Source: Bacteroidales bacterium (GTDB taxonomy: Bacteria > Bacteroidota > Bacteroidia > Bacteroidales > CAIWKO01). From it: a DNA stretch of 41,805 nt. A model generated the notes under the pieces. The model saw only the letters and a list, made by a program, of their open reading frames with translations. It was not told the origin of the DNA and did no database searches. The stretch's first letter is position 1; every line of letters begins with the position of its first letter. The stretch lies in assembly GCA_035389045.1 (NCBI GenBank), contig DAOORA010000036.1, positions 1-41,805 on the forward strand, read 5' to 3'. Shown here piece by piece: positions 1 to 8,081 of this stretch. The translations under genes and the position numbers were made by a program.

Positions 1-49
1 GCAAAAAAGACGCATAAAGATATGAAAAGATAAAATCAAAACAATTTCT
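1..49. mobile_element. Right part of MITE family A (truncated by window start)
   Basis: Identical to 3306-3354; ends in the terminal inverted repeat TAAAATCAAAACAATTTCT. Confidence 0.85.
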
Positions 50-75
50 AAAACTTGAAACCCGGGTTGATTTTC

Positions 76-100
76 CTGCATGATTGTTCATGCAGTTTTT
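76..100. terminator. Hairpin, possible intrinsic terminator
   Basis: CTGCATGA-ttgt-TCATGCAG followed by a T run on +; lies immediately beyond the stop codon of the minus-strand ORF 99-617. Confidence 0.45.
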
Positions 101-617
101 ATTCATCTGAAGCGTCCTCTAAATCTCTTTCATTTTCTTCCTTAATGATTAACTCAAATTTTCTTCCATAAAAGTTTTGCTGATATTCGAAAAATCCTTT
201 AAAATCAAAAGTTTCATTATCTAACTGTAGTATAAAATCTTTAAGGTTAAATAGATCGGCTTTATACCAATAATATGGATCTACACAATTGATATATGTG
301 GCGCCAGTTACCATGTATCGTTCGTGTGACAAGTCAATAAAATAATCATAGATACCTTGCCGACCATAAAGCGGTACCCAATGAGGTCTGAAAAAATCGA
401 TTTCTTCCTGGTGCGTGAATTTAGAATTCAACCATACCCATTCTTTTTGATTTGCTGTTAAATCGTCATTTATGGAACCGAATATTTCTGACAGAGCAAT
501 GACCTCCGGATAAGTGTGGCTATACTTTAAAATATTTTTAACATCCTCAAATTGTTTTCCATAATCTTCGATAAAGTTATCCCAATTATTATTATTTTTT
601 CCTGCTAATAAAGTCAT
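99..617 (-). CDS. Hypothetical acidic protein (weak SMI1/KNR4-like resemblance)
   Basis: 172-aa ORF overlapping the 3' end of the upstream gene; segment HWVPLY...YFIDLS resembles SUKH C-terminal motifs; start codon uncertain. Confidence 0.6.
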   Translation of the reverse strand: MTLLAGKNNNNWDNFIEDYGKQFEDVKNILKYSHTYPEVIALSEIFGSINDDLTANQKEWVWLNSKFTHQEEIDFFRPHWVPLYGRQGIYDYFIDLSHERYMVTGATYINCVDPYYWYKADLFNLKDFILQLDNETFDFKGFFEYQQNFYGRKFELIIKEENERDLEDASDE

Positions 618-903
618 AAATTAACGTAAAAATTAATAATACTGCCCAAATTACATCCATAATATTCCAGATAATTCTTCCAAGTGCAATTTTAATTATT
701 GGATTAATAAGAATAGCAGAGCAAATCCACACAACAAATAATGCTTTATTCTCTTTTTTAGCGTCAAAATAACCGAGTAGTATAAACCCTGCCATGCCTG
801 TAAACCGGGTAAACTGGTAATAACCATAGGGCATATCAAGAAGACAAATTAAAAACAATATTATCAATACAAGTTTCAGTATAATTATAAAAATGCTCTT
901 CAT
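592..903 (-). CDS. Small membrane protein, DUF6804-like
   Basis: 103 aa with hydrophobic helices and the motifs LLDMPYGYYQFTRF and LINPIIKIALGR.IWN..D. Confidence 0.8.
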   Translation of the reverse strand: MKSIFIIILKLVLIILFLICLLDMPYGYYQFTRFTGMAGFILLGYFDAKKENKALFVVWICSAILINPIIKIALGRIIWNIMDVIWAVLLIFTLIYDFISRKK

Positions 904-1097
904 TTGTTATCGTTGTTGCCCGGAATGGTTTGCAATAGCAGCCACACTAAAAGCCCGGATTCCTTGGTGTTTATTTTGGGTTCAAAAAACTAATAATTAA
1001 TGAACAAAAATACAATTTTTCATATAAAATTTCATTATAGTTGATTTACTGGCACGAGCGCGCTTGCAGCACTTATAACCAGAATATGGTGCTTTTT

Positions 1098-2918
1098 TCA
1101 AAACAACTTGTCAATAAACCGGTTCAGACCGTTTTGTTTTAAAATCCTTATTATTTCCTGCCGGTATTCTTTTTTGTACCAGAAAAATAAAAGTTTCTGC
1201 TTCCGCTTGTCTTCAGTATGGCGTGCCACAAATAGTGATTTACCGGTGTAAGGATCGGTGCCGGTGTAATACATTACAGAAGACAACGTCATGGGTGTAG
1301 GCGTCAGGTCCTGAACCTGTTCGGTGTGTATGCCGTTGCGTTTTATTTCGGTGGCACACGATGCCATATCTTCAAGTGTACAGCCGGGATGGCTCGAAAT
1401 AAAATACGGAATGATCTGTTGATTAAGACCTTCCGCCTGTGAAATCTTGTTGAACTCCTTTTTCATTTGTTCATACAGCGCAAACGACGGCTTACGCATC
1501 ATGGTCAGCACCTTGTTGGATGTATGCTCGGGCGCCACCTTCAGCCGCCCCGACACATGGTTTTTTACCAGCCGTTTAAAGTATTCAGTAAAATGTTTTT
1601 GTGTGTCTTCTTCAGGTTTACGCCCGATAAACAGGTCGTAGCGCAGCCCGCTGCCTATAAAAACTTTTTTAATTCCTCTTACAGCGCTCACTTTTTTGTA
1701 GATTTCGATAAGCGGTGCGTGGTTATCGTCCAGATTATTGCAGATTTTAGGATATATGCATGAGTACCGCTGACATTTTTTACAAAGATTAATATCAATA
1801 CCCTGCATGTGATACATATTGGCCGACGGACCGCCCAGGTCGCTCAGATACCCTTTAAAATCGGGCATGTGGGCAATATGTTCTGTTTCACTCAATATGG
1901 ATCTTTCGGAACGGTTTGCTATATATTTCCCCTGGTGCATTGAGATAGAGCAAAAACTGCATCCTCCAAAGCATCCGGTATGCGTATTCACTGAATGACG
2001 GATCATCACGTAAGCCGGAATAGTACCCCGTTTCAGATAACGCGGATGTGGCATACGGGTGTATGGCAGATCGTAAGCGCTGTCGAGTTCGGCGCTGGTC
2101 ATCGGCAAAAACTGTGGATTAACCACGATATATTTCCCGCCGCATGACTGCAACAGGCGTTTTGCATTCAGTTTGTTGGATTCGGTTTCGATGATGGTAA
2201 AACTTTTGGCAAAAAGGTTCTTATCGCGAAGACAATCTTCATGCGATGGGAGCAATATACTGTCTCCGGCAGTTGTCGTGTCAATGCTGTCTGCAAGATA
2301 TGCAACCTGTTCAATGTTTTTGGCTGATTCGATACTTCCTCCATTTTTTAAGTGTGTCAGCAATGACTTCAGCGGCTGTATGCCTTGTCCGTAAACCAGC
2401 AGATCTGCTTTTGAATCAAAGAGCACAGATGGCTTTAATGTATCCGACCAGTAATCATAATGCGTGAATCGCCTCAGTGACGCTTCTACACCGCCAAGAA
2501 TTACCGGTACATCAGGGAACAATTGTTTTAAGATATTCGAATAAACCACTGAGGCGCGATCGGGGCGAAACCCTGATTTGTCACCGGGAGTATATGCATC
2601 AGTGCTGCGCAGGCGTTTGAAAGCCGTGTAATGGTTTACCATCGAATCCATGCAGCCTGCCGTAACGCCGAAAAACAAACGTGGTTTTCCCAGCTTTTTG
2701 AAGTCGCGTAGATCGTCGCGCCAGTTGGGCTGAGGCAGTATGGCCACACGATACCCTTCATGTTCAACAAACCGGGCTATCATGGCATGTCCAAACGAAG
2801 GATGATCCACATAGGCATCGCCGCTGACTATTATGACATCTGCGTAATCCCAGCCACGCTTGTCTAACTCTTCGCGTGAAACCGGCAACCAGTCGGAAAG
2901 ATGATAGGTTCTAACCAT
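1098..2918 (-). CDS. ygiQ: YgiQ/UPF0313 family radical SAM protein
   Basis: GDAYVDHPSFG N-terminus, CxxxCxxC (GCFGGCSFC), DLGGPSANMY, LKVAPEH, PYFISSHPG. Confidence 0.92.
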   Translation of the reverse strand: MVRTYHLSDWLPVSREELDKRGWDYADVIIVSGDAYVDHPSFGHAMIARFVEHEGYRVAILPQPNWRDDLRDFKKLGKPRLFFGVTAGCMDSMVNHYTAFKRLRSTDAYTPGDKSGFRPDRASVVYSNILKQLFPDVPVILGGVEASLRRFTHYDYWSDTLKPSVLFDSKADLLVYGQGIQPLKSLLTHLKNGGSIESAKNIEQVAYLADSIDTTTAGDSILLPSHEDCLRDKNLFAKSFTIIETESNKLNAKRLLQSCGGKYIVVNPQFLPMTSAELDSAYDLPYTRMPHPRYLKRGTIPAYVMIRHSVNTHTGCFGGCSFCSISMHQGKYIANRSERSILSETEHIAHMPDFKGYLSDLGGPSANMYHMQGIDINLCKKCQRYSCIYPKICNNLDDNHAPLIEIYKKVSAVRGIKKVFIGSGLRYDLFIGRKPEEDTQKHFTEYFKRLVKNHVSGRLKVAPEHTSNKVLTMMRKPSFALYEQMKKEFNKISQAEGLNQQIIPYFISSHPGCTLEDMASCATEIKRNGIHTEQVQDLTPTPMTLSSVMYYTGTDPYTGKSLFVARHTEDKRKQKLLFFWYKKEYRQEIIRILKQNGLNRFIDKLF

Positions 2919-2923
2919 TATTA

Positions 2924-2931
2924 CAAAGGTA
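2924..2931 (-). promoter_or_regulatory. Bacteroidota -7 promoter box for ygiQ
   Basis: TACCTTTG on the minus strand (consensus TAnnTTTG), 5 nt before the ATG. Confidence 0.55.
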
Positions 2932-2932
2932 G

Positions 2933-2975
2933 CAGAATTTCAGAATGCAGAAGTGAAAAGTCAGAATTGAAAAAT
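2933..2975. repeat. Degenerate heptamer tandem repeat (CAGAATT/CAGAATG/CAGAAGT/GAAAAGT)
   Basis: About 6 imperfect 7-mers, visible directly. Confidence 0.5.
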
Positions 2976-3067
2976 GTACTTTATAATAGCTTGATTTACC
3001 TGATAAGTATTATTTTATTTGAGAAACTGTTTTGATTTTATGTTACATAGAATCTGAGCGGAAACTC

Positions 3068-3216
3068 AGTGTCTGAATCGAAAAGTTCAGTTTCGAGGCC
3101 TGTCTGACTGGCCAGCCAGGCAGGCTTGCGAAGCGATAAAAAGCGGAGTTTACTGGGGTAAATGAGCATTTTTGGAGCAAACGTAACGAAGAAAATGGAG
3201 TTTTCGTTCAGACACT
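3068..3216. mobile_element. MITE family B nested in MITE A
   Basis: TIRs AGTGTCTGAATCGAAAA / TTTTCGTTCAGACACT; segment absent from the uninterrupted A copy at 41758; TACATA duplicated at 3044-3049 and 3216-3221. Confidence 0.75.
3098..3125. repeat. GC-rich REP-like palindrome inside MITE B
   Basis: GCCTGTCTG-actggccagc-CAGGCAGGC; related imperfect palindrome at 3425-3456 (CCTGTCTGCC...GGCTGACAGG). Confidence 0.55.
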
Positions 3217-3571
3217 ACATAAGATTTATGATGGATTTTTTAGCGAAACGAGGCAGATTTTGCAGACATAGTTTATCCTATGTCGAAAAATCTAACGAAG
3301 TTGCAGCAAAAAAGACGCATAAAGATATGAAAAGATAAAATCAAAACAATTTCTGAGTTTCGCATGATTTTTTTATGTCACGTAGTGTCGTACAAAGCGA
3401 GGAATTGAGGGTAGAGAGCATGTTCCTGTCTGCCTAGTATTCCGGCTGACAGGCAGTGATATTTTTCTACTTTCACTATTGTTTCAGGAGCATTAGGAAA
3501 CACTGGGGAAAATACATAAATGCATAAAAGCATATCAAATTTTAGCGTTATTTACACAACATATTTTTGAC

Positions 3572-3579
3572 TAAATTTG
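3572..3579 (+). promoter_or_regulatory. -7 promoter box
   Basis: TAAATTTG 15 nt upstream of ATG 3595. Confidence 0.55.
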
Positions 3580-3594
3580 CAATAAATACATAAA

Positions 3595-4530
3595 ATGAAA
3601 ATCCTTATTGCATCGAAAATACATCCTTTTTTTACTGAAAAAATGCAGCAGGCCGGGCATGAATGTGTGGAAAAAATTATGAAAAACGCTGATGAATTGG
3701 AACCGGAAATCATGGATTATGAGGGCTTTGTGGTGAACAGCCGTTTTGTTATCGGAAAGAACCTGATCGATAAGGCCGTACGAATAAAGTTTCTTGCCCG
3801 TATCGGCTCTGGCATGGAGAGCATTGACACCGAATACCTTGAACAGAAAGGAATACGCTGGTTCAATTCGCCCGAAGGCAACAGGCAGGCCGTTGGCGAA
3901 CATGCTGTGGGAATGTTGCTGAATCTGCTGAACAAAATTACTATTGCCGACAGGCAGGTACGAAGAGGACAGTGGATACGTGAGGAAAATCGTGGAACAG
4001 AACTTTCGGGGAAGACCGTTGGGATCATTGGTTATGGCAATATGGGAGGTGCTTTTGCACGCTGCCTGAAAGGATTTGGAACCAACGTTATTGCATATGA
4101 TAAATATAAATTTAATTACTCTGATGAATTTGTCTGTGAGAAAACACTTGAAGAGGTTTTGATGCAGGCCGATATTGTTAGTATACATGTCCCGTTGACC
4201 AGTGAAACACATTACATGATAAATGAAGAATTTATCAGTTCATTCAGTAAAAATATTTTTATCATTAATACTTCACGCGGCAAAGTGCTGAATTCAGCCG
4301 ATCTTGTTAATAACCTTAGAAGTGGTAAGGTGAGGGGAGCTGCTTTGGATGTGCTCGAATACGAATCTGTATCTTTTGAAAACGTCGGTTTTGATAATCT
4401 GCCTGAACCGATGCAATACCTGGTTAAAGCTGATAATGTAATTTTAACACCTCATATAGCGGGCTGGACCGTCGAATCGAATCTGAAACATGCACAGGTA
4501 CTGGCAGAGAAGGTATCGGATCTATTATGA
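3595..4530 (+). CDS. D-isomer-specific 2-hydroxyacid dehydrogenase (phosphoglycerate dehydrogenase-like, no ACT domain)
   Basis: GIIGYGNMG Rossmann motif, HVPLT, INTSRG, ALDV, TPHIAG. Confidence 0.9.
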   Translation: MKILIASKIHPFFTEKMQQAGHECVEKIMKNADELEPEIMDYEGFVVNSRFVIGKNLIDKAVRIKFLARIGSGMESIDTEYLEQKGIRWFNSPEGNRQAVGEHAVGMLLNLLNKITIADRQVRRGQWIREENRGTELSGKTVGIIGYGNMGGAFARCLKGFGTNVIAYDKYKFNYSDEFVCEKTLEEVLMQADIVSIHVPLTSETHYMINEEFISSFSKNIFIINTSRGKVLNSADLVNNLRSGKVRGAALDVLEYESVSFENVGFDNLPEPMQYLVKADNVILTPHIAGWTVESNLKHAQVLAEKVSDLL

Positions 4531-4633
4531 TCATCCTGAGTATGCGATCCGTATTGGCGGACAACGGGAAACGATAAAAGAATTTCCCATCAGAAAAGTT
4601 CAGATAACCGCCGAAAAATTTCGACTTTACTAC

Positions 4634-4825
4634 CAGCCAAACCGCCAAACCACCTAACAGCCTAACAGCCTGACAGCCTAACAGCCTAACAGCCTGACAG
4701 CCTAACAGCCTAACAGCCTAACAGCCTATCAGCCTATCAGCCTATCAGCCTATCAGCCTATCAGCCTATCAGCCTATCAGCCTTTCAGCCTTTCAACCTA
4801 TCAGCCTTTCAACCTATCAGCCTTA
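4634..4825. repeat. Octamer tandem array, 24 units (CAGCCTAA/CAGCCTGA/CAGCCTAT/CAGCCTTT/CAACCTAT)
   Basis: Units counted directly from the sequence. Confidence 0.95.
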
Positions 4826-4863
4826 ATATTATCCACCCCAACCTTCTGTTCAAAAAAATATCC

Positions 4864-4871
4864 TATATTTG
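4864..4871 (+). promoter_or_regulatory. -7 promoter box for the PFK gene
   Basis: TATATTTG 19 nt upstream of ATG 4891. Confidence 0.6.
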
Positions 4872-4890
4872 CCCGCTAAAAATTATTAGA

Positions 4891-6123
4891 ATGAAAAAAA
4901 TTAGTAAAATATTTGAGGGAAAAACCCTTGCCATACTTACCGGTGGGGGCGATACGCCGGCGCTGAACTCCAGTATTGAATCAATTCGTAACAGGGCCTC
5001 CATTCTTGGCTTTAAAGTTTACGGCATCCGTAAAGGGTGGAAAGGTTTGTTAGGCAATGGAGATGTGGTGGATTTGTCGCATCAGCCATATGATGGCATC
5101 TATGGCGGAACAGCGCTGCTCTCCAGCCGTACCAATCCTTTCCCTTCGAAGAAAAACCCCGAGAACCGTGTGCCCCAGATCCTCCAGAACCTTAAAAGGT
5201 ATAAAATCGATGTCATTGTCACCATTGGCGGAGATGATACCAACGGAGCTGCTAAAAAACTGTATGAAACAGAAGGTATACCCGTAATTGGTTTTCCCAA
5301 AACTATTGATAATGATCTGCGCACAAGGACTATTCATCATTACAACAAAAAGAGCATCGAGGCCGTTCTGTGTCCGGGCTTCCCTTCAGCAGCCAAAGGG
5401 GTTATGGAGTTTACCGACAGGATACGTACCACCGCATATTCCCATTCGCGTATCATTGTTCTCGAAGTTATGGGCCGTGATGCAGGGTGGCTTACAGGAA
5501 GCGCTGTTTTCGGAGGTGCCGATCTTGCCTTGGTACCAGAATACGAGATGTCCAAAGAACGTAAAGATTTCTTTTTTGAAACCGTCAGGGAAGCCTATCT
5601 GAGCTCGAAAAAGAAAGCTTTGGTGATTGCCGTTTCAGAAGGTGTTCGCTGGTATGATGAACAAAAAAACAAAGTGGATGTGGTGCATGCGAGTTCGGAA
5701 GTGGACGAGTACGGGCATCCCCGTTTTGGAGGTATCAGCGGTGTTATAGCTTCGGAAATTACCAACAGGCTGAAAATCGAAGCCCGTGCCCAGATATCCG
5801 GTTATTATGCCCGTGCCGGGCAATGCAGGCTCTACGACCGCCGTCTCACCCAGGCTCTGGCCGATAAAGTGGTGGATCTTTTGCTTCGCAAAGAATACGG
5901 ACAAATGCCCGTGATGTCTAAGGTAGTGAAATATCCCGAACTCGAAGAATTCAATACATCCTCTGTTGATATGGGCTCCATTGGTAACAAACCATTGTCT
6001 GAGACATATTATGATATTAACGAATTTAATTTTACTGCCGCCTATAATCATTTTCTGACCCTGATACTGGGGGAACAGCATTTTCTGGAATTTGATACCG
6101 ATTTTCCTGTGGTGATACCCTGA
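4891..6123 (+). CDS. Phosphofructokinase (PfkA family), probably PPi-dependent, divergent
   Basis: TGGGD.PALN, GGT.L.SSR, IGGDDT, PKTIDND, EVMGR.AGW, LVPE. Confidence 0.88.
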   Translation: MKKISKIFEGKTLAILTGGGDTPALNSSIESIRNRASILGFKVYGIRKGWKGLLGNGDVVDLSHQPYDGIYGGTALLSSRTNPFPSKKNPENRVPQILQNLKRYKIDVIVTIGGDDTNGAAKKLYETEGIPVIGFPKTIDNDLRTRTIHHYNKKSIEAVLCPGFPSAAKGVMEFTDRIRTTAYSHSRIIVLEVMGRDAGWLTGSAVFGGADLALVPEYEMSKERKDFFFETVREAYLSSKKKALVIAVSEGVRWYDEQKNKVDVVHASSEVDEYGHPRFGGISGVIASEITNRLKIEARAQISGYYARAGQCRLYDRRLTQALADKVVDLLLRKEYGQMPVMSKVVKYPELEEFNTSSVDMGSIGNKPLSETYYDINEFNFTAAYNHFLTLILGEQHFLEFDTDFPVVIP

Positions 6124-6127
6124 TAAA

Positions 6128-6754
6128 ATGAACTCTGCAAAGTTCAGAAACGCATTATTGAATTTCCTATTTCCGGATTATGATGAGTTAACAGTTTTAT
6201 TGCATAGTCTGATAATTCTTTTATTTGTTGTTTCAAATTTTCGTCTTTTAACGGATTCTTTTGTTTTATTGTTTACTCAGGACAGTGTTTTTCATATGGT
6301 CATGAGTGTTCTTGTCATTGCAGGGCTTCTTTTTGTGCTGTTCTTGCCCTTTTATCACGCATTTTCGAAACGACAGAAAAAGACATGGGAAAAGAAAATA
6401 ATGTTCTATATGATCGTACTGGTGGATTATCTGGTCGCCTGGACGGCATATGGCTATCTGCAGACAGCATACTTTTCATGGGAAATGATGTTTCCACTGA
6501 TCAATGTGATACAGGTATCAATGGTGGCCTTCGGAAGTTGGTTTGGTTTTTTGCATGAAAACAAAATTTCTGATAAAAATGTGACAATCAGTGAAGCCGT
6601 TATCAGCAGTCTTATTTTAATAGTTCTGTTCCTGCTGTTAAATACAAAATACCAGCAATTCTGGGCTATCACATTTTCGGTATGTATCTTTTATGCAGCC
6701 ATCCTTAACAAGATATTTATTCAGGCTCTTCGGGCAATTAAAAAGATATTATAG
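6128..6754 (+). CDS. Hypothetical multi-pass membrane protein
   Basis: 208 aa with about 6 hydrophobic segments; starts 4 nt after the pfk stop. Confidence 0.75.
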   Translation: MNSAKFRNALLNFLFPDYDELTVLLHSLIILLFVVSNFRLLTDSFVLLFTQDSVFHMVMSVLVIAGLLFVLFLPFYHAFSKRQKKTWEKKIMFYMIVLVDYLVAWTAYGYLQTAYFSWEMMFPLINVIQVSMVAFGSWFGFLHENKISDKNVTISEAVISSLILIVLFLLLNTKYQQFWAITFSVCIFYAAILNKIFIQALRAIKKIL

Positions 6755-6786
6755 TCTTTGCAAACATTTAAAAACTCTTTGCTTTT

Positions 6787-6806
6787 ACATAATGTCTGCA
6801 TTATGT
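6787..6806. terminator. Hairpin between convergent genes
   Basis: ACATAATG-tctg-CATTATGT. Confidence 0.45.
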
Positions 6807-7642
6807 TAAAACGTAAAATCAACAGCAATTTTGTTTCTGTCATCCGGATGCACCCTGGCTTTATAGCTTTTGCCGATCAGTGGTTTCAGTTTTAACACAG
6901 CTTCTGTTGGCATGGCAATTTCCTTTTTCAGATTATAGGGCATTTCACCCGGAAGTGAAACTTCATAACCTATCATTATTACAGGATTGAAATCCTCGCT
7001 TTTTCCGGTTTCTTCAATACTCAGCAGTTTGGCAATGCCATCAATGCCTGACTGTTCCATACGGAGACGGTCAAGTTCAGTCCATCCCTTACCGCCGTAA
7101 GTGGGTTTTTTTACGGTTTTATCCATCTGCTCATTCGACTGGGCATTAAAGACCACACTGTTTTTGTCTTCTTTATCAACTTTTACCGCAAATCTGGCGC
7201 CCGGCTGAAATTGCGGAACAGCAGAGCGGGGAATAATGGTGTCAAAACTTACATCATACTCAGGGTCATAATTGTTGTCTATTCGCAGGACAAGATTAAG
7301 CAAGGGCTGGTCGTTGATGGTCACTATGCCACCCTGACTGTTTTCACCAATGCTTACCACAGTGGCTGTCGCATCACTGCCTCCGGCCAGAACCTGTCTT
7401 GCTGATTTACCTCTGCCCCAGAAAAAACTTATGCCTTTGCCACCAAAAATCCCTTTAAACATTCCGACAAATGGCAGAATTGATAAACCAAATACCAGAA
7501 CCATGGCAATTACAAACATAATAGTCCATGCGGTATCGCCCCATCCGGCCCGAATCTGTTGTTCAAATACGCCAACAAGCATTACAGGTATCGCACCAAT
7601 AAAAGGCATCGCTATTCTCCAGGCAAATTTGTTTTTTTTCAT
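6806..7642 (-). CDS. Membrane protein with two tandem DUF3592-like beta domains
   Basis: Two N-terminal TM helices, then two similar modules (A.V.SI...N.P.....L......Y......P......PG....VKVD / AKLLSI...NP....Y.......P......GK...RVHPDD). Confidence 0.75.
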   Translation of the reverse strand: MKKNKFAWRIAMPFIGAIPVMLVGVFEQQIRAGWGDTAWTIMFVIAMVLVFGLSILPFVGMFKGIFGGKGISFFWGRGKSARQVLAGGSDATATVVSIGENSQGGIVTINDQPLLNLVLRIDNNYDPEYDVSFDTIIPRSAVPQFQPGARFAVKVDKEDKNSVVFNAQSNEQMDKTVKKPTYGGKGWTELDRLRMEQSGIDGIAKLLSIEETGKSEDFNPVIMIGYEVSLPGEMPYNLKKEIAMPTEAVLKLKPLIGKSYKARVHPDDRNKIAVDFTF

Positions 7643-7882
7643 AACTGTTATATTGTTTGAATTAATACCATCATAACTTATGCGCTCTGTTCGGTCAATT
7701 TATCACTGACAACTTCGGTACCGAAAGGTACAATTTTTTCATATACGACTTCCCACAGGCGAAAAAAATATTATCTGTGATTGCTGCTGCTGCTTTTTTC
7801 CTTACTATTTATGACAGGTCATGTGAATTTTGGATTGAATGTTCTCTATGGAAATAAAATGACAAATAATGTCATGTTTATT

Positions 7883-8016
7883 GGGAAGGCCGCGATTCCA
7901 CCAGCATCAGGAACTTAAATCTTAACGTAGAATGATTCCGAAGCAATCGGATGGTAGAATACTCCGATCTTGATGCAGTTCTTCAGGTCAGAGGCATGCA
8001 TTGCGGCTTCATACCC
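7883..8016 (+). ncRNA. Candidate structured RNA, family unknown
   Basis: Nested stems AGGCCGCGAT/ATTGCGGCTT and GCATCAGGA/TCTTGATGC plus inner ATCGGA/TCCGAT; the G-U pairs form only on +. Confidence 0.35.
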
Positions 8017-8061
8017 GTGATCTTGATGTTCTTTTGTTGAATGTTCTTTTCTGTAAAGAAC

Positions 8062-8069
8062 TAACTTTG
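8062..8069 (+). promoter_or_regulatory. -7 promoter box for mfd
   Basis: TAACTTTG 12 nt upstream of the TTG start; TTTG/TTG about 22-25 nt further upstream. Confidence 0.55.
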
Positions 8070-8081
8070 TAAAAAAATTCC

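Larger units (their letters stand above)
3022..3354. mobile_element. MITE family A, interrupted copy
   Basis: 19-bp TIRs AGAAACTGTTTTGATTTTA / TAAAATCAAAACAATTTCT (1 mismatch); internal hairpin GACATAG..CTATGTC; parts recur at 1-49 and 41758-41805; no ORF. Confidence 0.85.

Noticed and set aside
3571..4212. 213-aa ORF on -
   Set aside because: Antisense shadow of the dehydrogenase gene
4424..4648. 74-aa minus ORF starting in the octamer array
   Set aside because: Overlaps the dehydrogenase 3' end, starts in repeat DNA and has no recognisable motif
7883..7903. tRNA/tmRNA 3' end suggested by TTCCACCA
   Set aside because: No T-arm (GTTCGA) or cloverleaf upstream
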